This document shows positions 24,918 to 63,000 of a stretch of DNA of 64,000 bases, piece by piece; position 1 is the stretch's first letter, and each line of letters opens with the position of its first letter. Origin of the DNA: Octopus sinensis (lineage: Eukaryota); contig NC_043000.1 of assembly GCF_006345805.1 (NCBI RefSeq), positions 151,900,001-151,964,000 of the forward strand, written 5' to 3'. Both the position numbers and the translations under genes were made by a program. The notes below the pieces were generated by a model. That model did not search any database, had not been told where the DNA came from, and saw only the letters and a list, made by a program, of their open reading frames with translations.

Positions 24918-25529
24918 ATTTTCTGCATAATTTCTCGTTCTATTGATTGCAATCGTCCAGAGTGCGGAAACATGATACTCGAAATAATGATTTGAGAAGT
25001 TTCGGGTTCCACCAAGTATATTTAGTAACTCTATATCCAGTACTGAGCATCTTTTTTCTTCTTTATTTTCAGACTCAGGGCTTTTCATAAGTCGACTGCT
25101 TCTCCTTCGAATGTAGCTCAGCATATACAGAGATAAAAACTAGGCAAAAGAAATAATACTCGTTTAATTTTTCAACTAAGAATATCCCCCATTCCATCGA
25201 AAACTGCTGCCTGGAATGTTTAAACGAGAAAAAGGAAGATAATATGTAAAGAACGGGATTTATTCTCTGAGGAGACAGATTCCCAGACATTATACACATA
25301 ATAAAATCAGATTTGAAACTCGAAAATTTCCCCCATCAAACAAAAACAAAACTATTTAAGCGTAACTTTTTACTTGATAAAATGGATCATATTTCAGAAA
25401 ATCCACAACAGCTTAATATATTTACCTATTTCCGAGGAAATATATGTTCATCGTATAAGAAAAATTTCTGTAGTATACATCACAGGCTGCTTATTATCTA
25501 AAATAATATCACTAACGTTTATAAAAGAA

Positions 25530-25832
25530 CTAGCAATATCGCCCGGCGTTGCTCGGGTTTGTAAGGGAAATAACTATATAAGCATTTTTAGAGAGTTACT
25601 TCCTTTATATAAACCGAGCAAAAAATGCATCAAAATTGCGGAAAAATTATGGTAAATTTTTTTTAATCGTAGACTCATCGTAGACGCGCGCTAATACCCA
25701 GAAGGGCTCGATATGAATCACGACTATAAGATACCCATTTTTGGTTAAACTGCACCGCAAAATGTGGGAGTAGTTAGGAATCTAAATCGGAGCAGACAGA
25801 CACACACACAACTTCAGTTTTATATATAAAGA
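25530..25832 (-). mobile_element. Non-autonomous Helitron, family H1 (short form)
   Basis: Reverse complement of H1 with TC and CTAG termini. Confidence 0.85.
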
Positions 25833-26230
25833 TATTATGTCAGCACAAACATCTCCGTAAGACAAGAAGCAAAAGAAATTTCCATTACTTTTAACATAGA
25901 TGATAAAGTGAAGTACCCAGGTCTTTGTGTACAATGCATTACACTTAAAGTTCACAAGAGCAACTTCGCACACAACCAAGTATAACCTGGATCAGCAAGC
26001 AATTTTAGATGTACTTATACTGACAGTAAATATTAGAGAATAGTATGGCCGTATTAGAATGGTTTTGCAGAATCAAAAAGCAGCATTGTAAGTTTACTCA
26101 TTTTGATATCACTGATTTTCACTCTTCCATCGCAAAACCACTTCTTTACAAATCGCTCTAATCAGTGAACCAAGCATTAATATATTTATGCGTACAAAGA
26201 AATCCCTACATGCTTTCTTTTTTTTATAAG

Positions 26231-26612
26231 CCTGCTTACCAAGCACATGGTTCCGGGTTCACTCCCACTGCGTGGCACCTTGGGCAAGTGTCTTCTACTA
26301 TAGCCTCGGGCCGACCAAAGCCTTCTGAGTGGATTTGGTAGACGGAAACTGAAAGAAGCCTGTCGTATATATGTATATATATATGTATGTATGTATGTGT
26401 GTGTGTTTGTGTGTCTGTGTTTGTCCCCCTAGCATTGCTTGACAACCGATGCTGGTGTGTTTACGTCCCCGTCACTTAGCGGTTCGGCAAAAGAGACCGA
26501 TAGAATAAGTACTGGGCTTACAAAGAATAAGTGTCGGGGTCGATTTGCTCGACTAAAAGGCGGTGCTCTAGCATGGCCGCAGTCAAATGACTGAAACACG
26601 TAAAAGAGTAAA
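26231..26612 (+). mobile_element. SINE family A
   Basis: Slightly 5'-truncated copy. Confidence 0.9.
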
Positions 26613-27034
26613 TCCACCTGGCTTTTAAAACAGCTGAGTTAAATTGTTTCATGTCTCGTATGGAAGCGTACGATGGGGCTGAATTACATGAAACCATAGA
26701 CATTTATATCTTAGGCGTTTTACATGTAAGATTTCTTACCGTAATATTGGAGTCCTTACCGAAACGACGGACTCTTAGTCTCGTACAATATGAACAGATA
26801 TATATACTAGATACATTTAGAAAACACTTCATTAAATTATTATTGACATAGGTACCCATAGTAATGTGTAAGCCTATCTTAATAGAATTAACTGTTTTAG
26901 ACATTAAACGTAAAGACAAGAAAAATTCTGCCCTTACCATAGACGCCCATGAAGAAATTATTTTTAGAACAGTTCCACTCGCTGCCAGATATTTTACGTG
27001 ATTTAGTTCTTTATATTGGTGAGTATCATTATCT

Positions 27035-27620
27035 TCAGATAAATCTGCATTTATCAATGTCTTACATTATTACAACGCCGTTTTCCGTAATAGTGGCTTC
27101 TGGATCTTTTCGGTTTGAACGGCAGTTTTTAACATAATTTCTAGGTAACTAAAAAATTTTAAACTTCGTATACTGGTAGGATGTGTTTATAAAACATCTT
27201 TTTCTCTTGGCTTTATTGAAAAAATTCTATAGTTTGTAAGACATTTGTTGTTTTTTTCTTCAATTTCAACCAATCAGTGACGTCTATTGAGTTAAAAAGC
27301 ATTCTGTGCCGTGTGAATATGTCCCCCGTTTAAGAAACAGATTGGGTTTATTTACATTTGTGAAGAAAAAAAGATACCCTTCCACCACCCCTAACCCTAA
27401 AACAGATTGAAGTGCAATAGATCGATTCTAGGGTCGTAATTATGGGTGACAATTTCATATGACACCGCTAGAAAAAACTGCCGTTCAAACCGAAAAGATC
27501 CTGGCTTCTCAGAGAAAATGCAATACCTACCTGTATCTAATGTCTCAAAGCATACAAGTATACCAAGAAATATTCTATGACATTTAAATGCATCAATAAA
27601 CATAACTAAACGGTTCCCTA
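27035..27620 (+). mobile_element. Second decayed Penelope-like remnant, split by a MITE
   Basis: After removing 27102-27509 the frame reads SDKSAFINVLHYYNAVFRNSGFSEKMQY...PRNIL*H. Confidence 0.5.
27102..27501. mobile_element. 400-bp MITE with 28-bp TIRs (GGATCTTTTCGGTTTGAACGGCAGTTTT) and 8-bp TSD TGGCTTCT; Merlin-like
   Basis: Perfect TIR pair and TSD at 27094-27101 and 27502-27509. GG termini plus 8-bp TSD fit Merlin (superfamily is inference). Confidence 0.85.
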
Positions 27621-27807
27621 CTCTTTCCATTAAACCAGTAACTCGATTAAGGTTAGCTTCCAGTAAAAACTTCAGAAGATCTATTGTAATATCAAAATAA
27701 AGAAAGAAAAAATTCTAGCAATAGTTTGCCTTCTTGAACTACTTGTAAATGTCCTGGCGGCTTGCTGGTTACTCTCAGACGAAATCATAAAAAAATATAT
27801 TTAAATA

Positions 27808-28184
27808 GGCGCAGGAGTGGCTGTGTGGTAAGTAGCTTGCTAACCAACCACATAGTTCCGGGTTCAATCCGACTGCGTGGCATCTTGGGCAAGTGTCTTC
27901 TGCTATAGCCCTGGGCCGACCAATGCCTTGTGAGTGGATTTGGTAGACGGAAACTGAAAGAAGCCTGTCATATATATATATATATATGTGTGTTTGTCCC
28001 CCTAGCATTGCTTGACAACCGATGCTGGTGTGTTTACGTCCCCGTCACTTAGCAGTTCGGCAAAAGAGACCGATAGAATAAGTACTGGGCTTACAAAGAA
28101 TAAGTCCCGGGGTCGATTTGCTCGACTAAAGGCGGTGCTCCTGCATGGCCGCAGTCAAATGACTGAAACAAGTAAAAGAGTAAA
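27808..28184 (+). mobile_element. SINE family A
   Basis: Full-length copy. Confidence 0.9.
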
Positions 28185-28699
28185 TATTTATAGATAAAAA
28201 TTTTATATTGGATTAAGTGATCATCGTTCATCTTTACCAACTTAGACATTCTTTTATTTCGAACAAGACATTTACAAGCCTGTCCAAATATATCTGATTT
28301 TTGAAAGACATATTCCAACGAAGTATTCACATAATCCATTGGCCTATACCAGTGCTCCGCAACCGGTATGCCGCAGAACACTGGTGTGCCACGAGACGAT
28401 GTTAAATGCGCCGCAGTGTAACCTCAATGTAATTTTTCCTCTAGATTTTTAGTTCGTACCATCAATAGAGATCCAACCATTTTTTTTTTACATTCAGTCA
28501 AAACGTATTCCGACATTTAAATATTGATTACATATTCTATTATATACTATTTTCCCCACTGATCACAAACTTCCGAAGATCGGAAAACTTAAAGTTACGA
28601 CATGAACTCCACTTTCATTGTTGAGTTCTGTCTTTTCCCCTGATAGTTCCCACTCATGTGTTTACACGCACGCTAGGACTAATCATCATTTTATATGTT

Positions 28700-29960
28700 C
28701 GCTCTTATGTACCTATATCACCTGGGAGTCTCCTCTAGTACATCATCTCACTATTGAGATCTTTCAACTTTTTCGTGAGGTTCAGCCCTTTCAGATAAGT
28801 TTCCGTCACTTCAGGTCTTACCCTTCAGCATAATCACTTGCCCTGGTACTTAACCCAACAATTACTCTTCATATAGATCACAAGTCCGTACCAGTGAAGC
28901 GGTATGTCTTGCAAGCTACATCTGATTCCTCTTATACCCAGGTGTTTCCCCTGCTCACTCGGAGTGTCCGTTCATGTGCACTGATGTTTCACTACCAGCG
29001 GAGTTTCCTTTTAGCGTTCTCGCATCCTCATATTCAATGCCACTCCTTTGCTATTGTGCAATACCGGACTTTGTACAAGCATCGTACTATCTGCCCTTCA
29101 TTCAGAGAGAGAGAGAGAAGCCTTTTCTTACACCAGATCTAATAGCTCGCAGAAGTTTTTTTTTATTTTTTACTGATTCTTCTAAGTCTTCGAGACACCC
29201 GCCTTTAGGTCCCAGATAAGAGGCTAGCAGCTATTTCTAAGTATTTGAAAGGATTTATTTTATGAGTTCTTTTGCTAACTCCTGAGCATCTATTACATAT
29301 GAAGTTTTTCTTCTTTCTCGGCTTGCCAGTTTTTGTGGGCTATTGTTTACAATTCGCTCAGGAAATAGAGCTTTTACCTAAGCCTCTCTTGCATACACAA
29401 AAATCACTCCCACTTCCTTGATTACAAGTCTTTCCTTCCCAAATTAATTATTTTCTTCAATAAAATTACTTTCGGGACCTTTCAATTTTAAGCTTTGCAT
29501 TCATATTTTGATTTTCTTTTCAAGACAGTCTTAAACTTCTCTCTTACGGACAAAAGAACTATAATAAACAGCAGCGGGTCGAGAACTAAGACTAGGTGGA
29601 CACCTGCTTGCAAGCTAAATTCCTCACTGGACTCACTGCCGATAGCATTTCTGTACATGGATTTGATCTCACAAACTATTTATCAACACTGGGGTTTCTT
29701 AATGATTAACACTCTTCAAAGAATAGTACTTCTCAAAGCCCTTCGAATCTTCGAAAGATAGGTGTGGCTTATTCTCAGCTCAGAACTTTCGTAGTTGTCT
29801 TGGTTTGAAACGAGCACCAAAGGCACCATCAGATCACACACGAAAATTGTATCCAAAGCTAATTCTCTCGACTATTTTTCCCGTTACTTTCATAAGCTAG
29901 ACTACGAATCTGATGTCAATGGTTAATTTTTTCAAGAGCATCCCCTTATAGCAGTTAACA
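28700..29960 (-). mobile_element. Heavily decayed RTE-clade LINE
   Basis: Manual minus-strand translation gives QLRKF*AENKPHLSFEDSKGFE (RT domain 3-like), FCVCKRGLGKSSI (Cys insert) and HLGIRGIRCSLQDIPLHWYGLV (RTE C-terminus); many stops. Confidence 0.6.
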
Positions 29961-29973
29961 ATTGTTCTGCCTG

Positions 29974-30336
29974 TACTCTTACTCTTTTACTTGTTTCAGT
30001 CATTTGACTGCGGCCATGCTGGAGCACCGCCTTTAATTGAGCAACTCGACCCCAGTACTTATTCTATCGGTCTCTTTTGCCGAACCGCTAAGTAACGGGG
30101 ACATAAACACACCAGCATCGGTTGTCAAGCAATGATAGGGGGACAAACACACACATATATATATACATATATACGACGGGATTCTTTCAGTTTCCGTCTA
30201 CCAAATCCACTCACAAGGCTTTGGTCGGCCCGAGGCTATAGTAGAAGACACTTGCCCAAGATGCCACGCAGTGGGACTGAACCCCGAACCATGTGGTTGG
30301 TAAACAAGTTACTTACCAAGCAGCCTCTCCTGCGCC
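29974..30336 (-). mobile_element. SINE family A
   Basis: Full-length copy. Confidence 0.9.
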
Positions 30337-30633
30337 TATTGATGATTATGCAAGTGGCCTAAAATCTACATCTCAGCGGCCATCCCTAATGGCTCAATGG
30401 ATTTCCCTTGCCTTCATATCTAACAGCTTCTATAGATATGGTTTCCTCATTAATCCATTATAATCATCAGCTATGACAACGAGATTGGATCATACGTTAC
30501 CGAATTAAACTAAAGTACCTCATAGAAACAATCCTTTGTTCATGTCATTACCACTTAGTGTATATGCAGAATTAAAATGACGTGTTACCCATGGCTAGGT
30601 TAAGCTTCGTTATCCTACATGCTATGACTACAA

Positions 30634-31011
30634 TCTCTCTATATATATAAAGCTGAAGTTGTTTGGTAGCCTTCAACTAACACTATCTCCTCTGAGACCC
30701 TGCAGCGCAAGTTGACCAAAATTGAGAGTATGATAGAAGAAGGCTTCCTCTTCCTTCCGTAGAAGAAAAAATTCAAATCGGACCATGTTAACACCAAAAA
30801 TTATTTACATCAAATAGGTGCTTTTTTCTATGAAAATCACTATTTTTTACGATTTGTTTACTGCTGTGTCTCCATTTTTCGGTGTATTTCAACCAGAAAA
30901 ATGTTCACTTAAAGAAAATAACAAGCTACATAATGCAAAATTTTTACTTTTCAAAAATTCCAATTCGAAAGGGTCGAAACAAACCCGAGCAACGCCGGGC
31001 GATACTGCTAG
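30634..31011 (+). mobile_element. Non-autonomous Helitron, family H2
   Basis: A|TC...TATATATAAA start and the H1 3' hairpin-CTAG|T end, different body. Confidence 0.8.
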
Positions 31012-32918
31012 TTATTAATAAACATACTGCCTACTCTACTCACCCACAAGAAATTGTACCTATGTTTATTACGCGTGAATATGGAGGCGGCTACAAGCTA
31101 CAGCATCTCTGCAAACTCTATAGCCTTCCTATTCATCGTAACATGATGTTGGTAACCCGAAAGAGATAGCTTGCTCTATCCGAAATCGAAAGTTGGTGAG
31201 ATCGTACGATCAAGGACGCTAGAAACAGAGCTCACAGTGAGGTAAACATTGAAGAAATCAAATGTTGGTAGGATTACTGTAGTAATGCAACTACAAAATC
31301 TAATTTAAACCATAAGTCCTACCCTTAAGTCCTTGGTGTAGCGCAGGTATAAAAATTAAACAGAAATGGCGTTTAAAATTTCAGTAGAATTTTTACAATG
31401 CATCTATAGAAGACAACGATGATGGTGGATTATATAATGTGATGTAATCTTATAAATGCATTAAAATTCTATCGAAACAGCTGTCGTAAATTTTAAACCC
31501 TATTTGTGTTTACTTCCTTCATATATAATTGTCCCAACTTTAAATATTTTAACTTGGCTATTTATCGAACACTTCCTGATATTTTGTCCCAGATTAACGT
31601 AGTAGGAATGCATTGTTTAAAACAATAAATAAATAAACTGTATATATGTACACACATGTATATTTACATTACTATATACAGATATACATACACACACATA
31701 TGTAAATGAGTCTTTATTAATAATGATGTGTCCCGAAGCGAATCCAGCAATAAATAACAAGTGACGATTGGCGACAGGAAGGGCATCCGGCTGCAACAAA
31801 ACTGCTTCAACAAATTCCGTCCGACCCATGCAGTCGCGGAAAAGTGGACAGTAAATGATGAAGCTGCTGGTGAATCCTGTTGGATGGGAAAATGCATGGC
31901 TCGAGCCATGCAATCAGCTTTCCGCCCTTTTTTTCTTTTCTTTTTTTTTTTTCCATTGGAAGGGAATTTTAACTTAATGATTTATAAGCCGTTATTTATA
32001 GCTGAATTCGAAAATCTTATTTACATTACATAGTTCTTGATGCTTCTACAGTTGAGTTCCAAATACGGATGCACGCGAACGTTCAGCTTCTGATGCCTGT
32101 CACTCCATACCAGCCATAGTTCAGACGTGAGGTAATTGAGACCATATTTTTACAGCTAGATGCTCTTCCTGTGGCTAACATTTACCTGTTTTTGTTTTGT
32201 TTTTTTAAGTAAAGGATTTTTAACTTGAGGTATTCCAGATCTTAAAGCTATCAGACGATCTGTCGACAGGAAACATCAACAAATGTGATTGCGTACAACC
32301 CACCCACAAACAGTGACGTCACTTAACTGAAGCTCAGCGTAAGTTATAAACATTCATAAACAGACATACACACAAAACGGAGTTTTTTTTGAGTATCCGT
32401 CTAACGAATTCCTTCATAAAGCATTGGTTGGCCTGCAGCTCTATTAGAATGCGTTTGCCCAAGGTGCCATGAAGTGGGACAGAACCTGAAGACATGCTGC
32501 TGAGAAACAAACTTAACCATATAACCATGCCTGCACCTAAAAGTGAGTATGTATATATATACCCACACATGCAAACACGTATATATAATTAGTGATCATA
32601 ATTTTGTGTGTATGTGCATACATAACTATGGATAAATATACACATGTATACATATATATAATATACACACACAAATGGATATATGTATACATATGGATAT
32701 ATTTATACTTCGTTAACATACACGTGTATATATACTTCATATACACGCACGCACACATACATACATACGTACGTATGTATATATGTTTGATCAGAATGGA
32801 GCTGTAGTAGATGATACTTGCCCACCGCATATCACCTTCGGCAAGTATCATCTTGTACAACACCGGGTCAACCAAAGCCTCGTGAGTGAATAAGGTACAC
32901 AGAAACTAGATCGTTGTG

Positions 32919-32974
<56 letters not shown>

Positions 32975-34960
32975 ATGAGAAAGAGAAAGTGAGTTCCTCT
33001 CTCGTCTATCTTCACACATTTGCTGATTGACTCACTGTTCATACAATGTCCTTTGCTTGCATTCCACTGCAAAAGCATGTCTAGGCTGTTGTTCATTATA
33101 CAAGATTGTGACCTCACTTGGAAACATGTTGAGGCTGCTGTCAGAGCCTCTGGCTGTAGAAACTCTTCCCCAATGTGCTTTCATCTGCACTGAGTAAACA
33201 TGGAAGTTAAATTGTATACATATACACAGCACAGAGAGAGAGAGAGACAGATAGATATATATATATATATTTACATATAGACACATTGGTAGATAGAGAC
33301 AGATAGATAGATAGGTAGATACATACATACACACACACACTAAAAGGCAGAAATTGCTACATAGTTAAGAAACTCACTTCTCATCTATGTGCTTTCAATA
33401 TCAAAACATAGCAACTTGAGAAAATGTCTTCTACTGTAACCCCACTCTGACACTTTTTGTGTGTGTGTGTGTGCATTTGTATGAACGTTTACAAATTATG
33501 ATGAGTTACTACCAGTAACATGTTGAGATTTCCCATCAAGAGATTGTCTATGTTTGTCAAATTCCTATGGGTAAAAAAAAAAAAAAAAGTTTCATACTTC
33601 AAAAACAATGACAGGAAGAGAACATGGTCGTAAAAATCCTGCCTCAAATACCTCTTTGTCTAACACAATGGTAGCATGGAGAGATAAGAATTTAAGTGAA
33701 CAAACAAATATATTATTCAAATATGTGCATGTATGTGTATATTTTTTTACATATACACATTCTCATGCATCGATACATACACACTCATGCATCTATCAAT
33801 ACACACACACACACAAAGAGGCATGCACACGTTTATGCAGAAGCAGATTCACATCCTATGTATTTACATTTTACAAAATGAAAAGGCAACAATATATTTC
33901 TGGTTTGCATTGTTGTGCTTACTCACTCCGATCGGAGCAAGTAAAAACTACTTTCACTAAGGAATTTTTAGCATTACAAAGGAACATATAGGAAATATAG
34001 TACCACCAAGGAATGTTTATTCAATAATCAAAAATGAATTATGAAAACAATATGTTCCTTTCATAACATTCATTGAACTACTTACATAAATATCACTAGA
34101 ATGTAATGGTTCTGCTATCATGCCAAACTTTTCCAACAAGGTAAGACATTTTGCCGGTTAGCTTTCACAAGGAATCAGTACGGAAACTACTGAATAGGTG
34201 TAGCTTTTGAAGTTAAGATGGAAAAGGCAGACATGAGCTGTTTTGTTTTTTTGGGGGTTTTTTTTTTGTTTTTTAACAGGTGTATGTACATGTGTACGTA
34301 TGTGTATATCAGTCTGTCTGTGTTTCTCTATGTATTTATATATATTTTTTATTTCTTTTTTTTTTTTAATAAATAAATGACTTGGTGGAAACAACAGTCA
34401 ATATAAACAGGACCTCCGACAGCCAGTAAACTCTTGTAGAAATGTTAAGAGTACTCGCTTCTGTAAAAATCAGAGATACCAATTCTACTCTTTGACTATC
34501 TGGTGCTTTAAAACGTTTCTAGGAGCAGAAACTTAGTGAGGCCATGAAAATGACAACTCACACTGGGTTGGTGAGGTTGACACATCTTTTTCCATAGGAT
34601 ACTCCTCAGATTTTCATCCATTTTCACCATAAAACTGCGCTTTTATTCAAACTGTTACATCACAATCCTATTTTGTACTGCATGATATCCAATTTGACAA
34701 ATTTTAAGATGAAATGCTGCAGACTTTTAAAAATAAGGCAGTTATTTTTGATAAGACAGTGGTGGCCATGAAGTAGCAGCAAAAATATAAAATCATAAGA
34801 TGACTTCATTTTGGAGACAGCAGTAATAAATGCTCAATAATTCTGAAGAAATTGTGATGAACAGGGAAAAAGATTTAGCAAACAATGGCTTCCATGAGGT
34901 CAAGAGTAAGTGTTGAAGTATAAACTGCAGGAAAGAGCAGGAATCTAATGTAGCTGAATT

Positions 34961-58551
<23,591 letters not shown>

Positions 58552-61500
58552 CCTGGTGTGGTCACTGGCAGTAGGATCTTGGTCCAGTGCTTGTGATGAT
58601 GGCGGGGACGACAGCTTGAGAGATTGGTAGGGAACCACACAGAAATTAAATCAATATGTCCGCTAATTTTGAACTGAAAATACAAAAGAAACACTTCATA
58701 GCTCTTGGAAAATGATGGGAAAATGGAAAACACTATTGTTAGTTACCATTTAACTTAAGTACCAAAGTTTCAGCAACAATTTTTAGTATACTGGGAAATC
58801 ATTATTTAGGACTGGAAAATTGGCACTTGAAGGTAGAGATATGGTGTCTAGTAATCACCAGTAATATACAGTAACTGAATTTTAAAAAAATTGATATAAT
58901 TTAATTAACTGATTAATTCATAGTTTTTTTTTTTTTCTAATGTTTTGATATTTTCATATATTCATCAGTGTCAAAAATAGGAAAAAAATCCACTTTCAGG
59001 AGCTAAATTCTAAGAATCTATGGCCAGTCAATATACAGTGAAAGAAAAATTTTAAATAGAATTTCATCTAATATATTTAAAGAAATTAAAAATCACTTTG
59101 AAAAATATAAATTGCTGTATCGTTTATAATAAAGAATACGGTAGTTTTGGTAATGAGAATAAAAGTTAGCATTTCAGTTTATATATACCAAATACAAAAG
59201 AATGAGAAATTTCCTAAAACAATTTTTTAAAAAACCCAAATCTTTTGAGGATTTAATATCTATAGAATTTTGTTAATGCAAAGAAAACTGAGTGAATAAA
59301 ATTAACGCTAGTCACAGATTCAAATAGATGCTATATGAAGATATATTTAATAATAGGTATAAAAGACCCATTTTACAAAAGTCGCATCAAACAAAACGAT
59401 AAAGCAGTAAGTAAGGGGCCCCAAATGAACTAAATAAAATATAAAAAAGCTAGTTAATAAAGGTAACCGATTTCCAAATGAGTTATGATGATTCATTCTA
59501 TGCTGTTTCGATCCCGATGAGGGGAGGGAGGACCGAACCATTCGGAAAACTAGATGTAAATAGGATTGGAAAAAGTTTCCTATCTCGTGTTCAGATGAGA
59601 GTACGGTTCTGTTGTAATCAACAGAGAGAGCATTTTTAAAAAAATTCCAAGTTGACTCTGTTTTCTTCGTTAATGTAATCATGAACCTTTAATGGAATAA
59701 CTGCAGAAGAAATGTTTTAGAATTACTAATTGCAAAACAACTTGATCTATAGTGTAAAACGACACACTAGAAAAAATATATAGACGTTAATAAATAATTG
59801 CTCAGTTAGTATGTGCATGTCTCAAAAGTTACCGAAAATCGGTTGTGTTGAATGAAGCAAAGGAATCTAAAAGCTCGATACACAGGAAATAATGAATGAC
59901 CAAAATATTAATAGTAAAAGGAGGGGGTCTAGTACAGTACCTGCATAGCAACAATACCCCCAAACTGTACTAAAATGAGAGTTAATACAACAAAACTAAG
60001 TTAACTCCGTGTTTTTGAATAAACCTTCATTCAGATACGAACAAAGAAATAAGCCGGATAGCTCGATAAGCTATCTTCTAGTCCATATTTTAGCACTACC
60101 TCGGAATTAAATTTAAGCTTCATTCCATATAATTAACTCTTACTCTCTCCTTCATTGATTAATCCAATCTAATTCGATGTACATGGGGAATGAACGAATA
60201 GGTGATTGAATCCATATGTTAAAATGTGTCTTCGATTTCAAAATTTTTTTCATCGAAAAGATTTAGCCCAAACTTTATAAACAGAAATACATGTTAAAAC
60301 CTGAAATATCTCTTTCTATGGAGAATTATCTTAGAGGGTTTAACCGAGCAATGAACTACTTTAAAAGTATAGTTTATACATATACTCGTACACAAAATCG
60401 ATCTCAGATCGTTGGTGATATTCAAGGGTTAAATGTTTCGATACCGTTGAGAAGACAACAAAAAAAAAAGACTAAAACACTTGCACCGAGGAAATTAACA
60501 TGAATTAACCAATATGTTTGGATAGGTAAAAGATAACTTAGTAAAGAATGATAATAACGTTGACCGAAGATCTATCTATACGGGTTTTTAAATCAGAATA
60601 ATCTAACACCAAATTAATGATGTATTATTGCAGATAAATGTGTAGACACAGAAAGGGGAAAAAAAGAGGAAACATCTGTTAAATAACCTAATTATGTTTC
60701 TCTGAAGATACAGCTTGCTTAGTGGATCCCCACAGAAAAGAGACTCGATATTAAGAAGCCTGAGTCGACTGACCAAGTAAAACTATACACAGTCAATGCG
60801 ATAGCTACAATAAAAAAGGATTTACAACCCATGAATAAAATCAATGGTATTTATGAGTGCCTTGAAAAAATTAGAGTGCGACTGAGTGATCACATATAAA
60901 ATTGTGTGTGTATATATATATATATACACTCACATATTATATACATATATATATATATATAAAGGAAGGCGATAAAGAGAGGAATTACTAGAAGTCCCCT
61001 TGCTTCAAGCCACTACACTAGATGCCGAGAATTCGTTTTTGTCTACCACAGACTAGATTTCATTCATTTAACAATGAACGGCATATCTTTTCGGTTATCA
61101 AATATACCAAATCTATAGATCACTCACTAAGTTATGACTAAACCAAAAGTAAATTCTGGAAATGTGCCACAAAATAAACCTATAAATTAATAAAATAAAT
61201 TTTGTGCTTCTTAAACGAGTGAGAGTAAATCAAGTGATGAGTAAAAAAAAGCCTTATTTTTTTTTGTCTATTGTACGTAAAAGTCTTTTTCTGAAAGATG
61301 TTGAGTGTAAAGAGAGATTGACTTCTTTAGTGAAATAGCGTTTTCTGAGGAACATCAAGTTTATTATTATTATTATTATTATAAGCTTTGAAATTAGATA
61401 AAATCGTTTAATTAACATAGGAAATTAGTCAAGAAATATTTCCTCAAGACCCATCATAAATAGTCACAAAAAAAAAAAGAGAGAGAGAGAGAGAGAAAAC

Positions 61501-61849
61501 AAACAGAACACCGAATAATAATAATAATAGTCATTTCAAACGTATATTAAAGAGAGATATCTAAATTACTACAAGGCTGTAATTTTCTACTCGTAGATAT
61601 GACAATTAGTAACTGTGAATATGGAATTAAAAAAATAGAGAGAGAAAAATATAACTCAATTAATATGGCGCAAAAAAACAATACCTTTAAGCTAAATATA
61701 AATTGCAAAAAGGATTATTTTTTTTAAAAATCATTAAATACCAATGTGAAATATGCCGTATAGGCGTAATAGGTGGTACTGCATCGGAGATAAAAACATC
61801 AACAAACATTAACATATTAGAATGTGGCTATAAGGTGTATAAGGTATAT

Positions 61850-61868
61850 ATGTATGGGTAACACATAT

Positions 61869-61903
<35 letters not shown>

Positions 61904-62075
61904 AGCACACATACACATATATATATAATACGTACCTATATATATATATATATAAGCACATATACACACATATATATATATATATAAGCACACACACACA
62001 CACACATATATATATATAAGCACACACACACACACACATATATATATATAAGCACACATATATATATAATACGTA

Positions 62076-62110
<35 letters not shown>

Positions 62111-62256
62111 CGTACCTATATATATATATATATATATAATACGTACCTATATATATATATATATAAGCACATATACACACATATATATATAAATATAGTA
62201 CGTACCTATATATATATATATATAATACACACATATATATATAAATATAATACGTA

Positions 62257-62298
<42 letters not shown>

Positions 62299-62365
62299 CA
62301 CACATATATATATATATATATATACAAGCACACATACACACACGTGTGTGTGTGTGTGTGTGTGT
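61850..62365. repeat. Compound minisatellite: (TA)n interleaved with TAATACGTACC and TAAGCAC(A/AT)n units
   Basis: Both units recur several times, separated by variable (TA)n. Confidence 0.9.
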
Positions 62366-62954
62366 TTGTTACAGCGTGGTATACAGTATTAAACTCAGCT
62401 GAGTAAACCAACAACATATATATGTTATATACAACGATATATGTGAGGAGAGTGTGTATTATTATAAATCTACACAAGGCATATATAATAAAAAAAAAAA
62501 AAAGGCGAATAGGAAGCAAAGCAGTGAAGACGATTAGAAACACTTAAAGCAGGGAAGAGAAATTAAGAGTGAAAAGAGTTAATGTAAGTTCTCTGCTTTT
62601 CAGATTTGAGAGAAAAATGGGTAAATATTCCGTAATTGTGAATTGTGGATGGTATTTCATACATGATAGTGGCGTATAATGAGAGGGAATTGGTGTTTTT
62701 GGAGAGAATTCGGTGGAGACACACACGTAATGATGATATATACAGGATTTCTAACACAGAAAGGCGACAACAAAAGAGGGAAAAAAACCTCCAAAGAAAC
62801 GTCTTTAAATGATAAATCGAAATTAAAATTTCAACAGGGAGATAACGAACAACAGACGTGTGAATTTCGAACGTTGAAATCTCAACGAAACGGTATATTC
62901 TCGGCATAAAATTCCGTCTTGGCCATAAAAGATAAAAAAATTCTAACCTGTTCG

Positions 62955-63000
62955 GAACACTGGCGTCCATTAATTTAACTAGTAACTATGCGCATGCGTC
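62955..63000. promoter_or_regulatory. Candidate SPOP core promoter: NRF1/EWG-like site TGCGCATGCG (62989-62998) and YY1-like AATGGACGCC on the minus strand
   Basis: Motif match by eye in a locally CpG-rich, repeat-free stretch about 4.4 kb upstream of the SPOP ATG. The non-coding first exon was not located. Confidence 0.45.

Noticed and set aside
27389-27401. (CCCTAA)2 telomere-like motif
   Set aside because: Only two units, internal to a MITE.
62563-62970. 135-aa minus-strand ORF near the candidate promoter
   Set aside because: No recognisable domain and composition typical of AT-rich UTR or intron; at most a uORF, untestable without the TSS.
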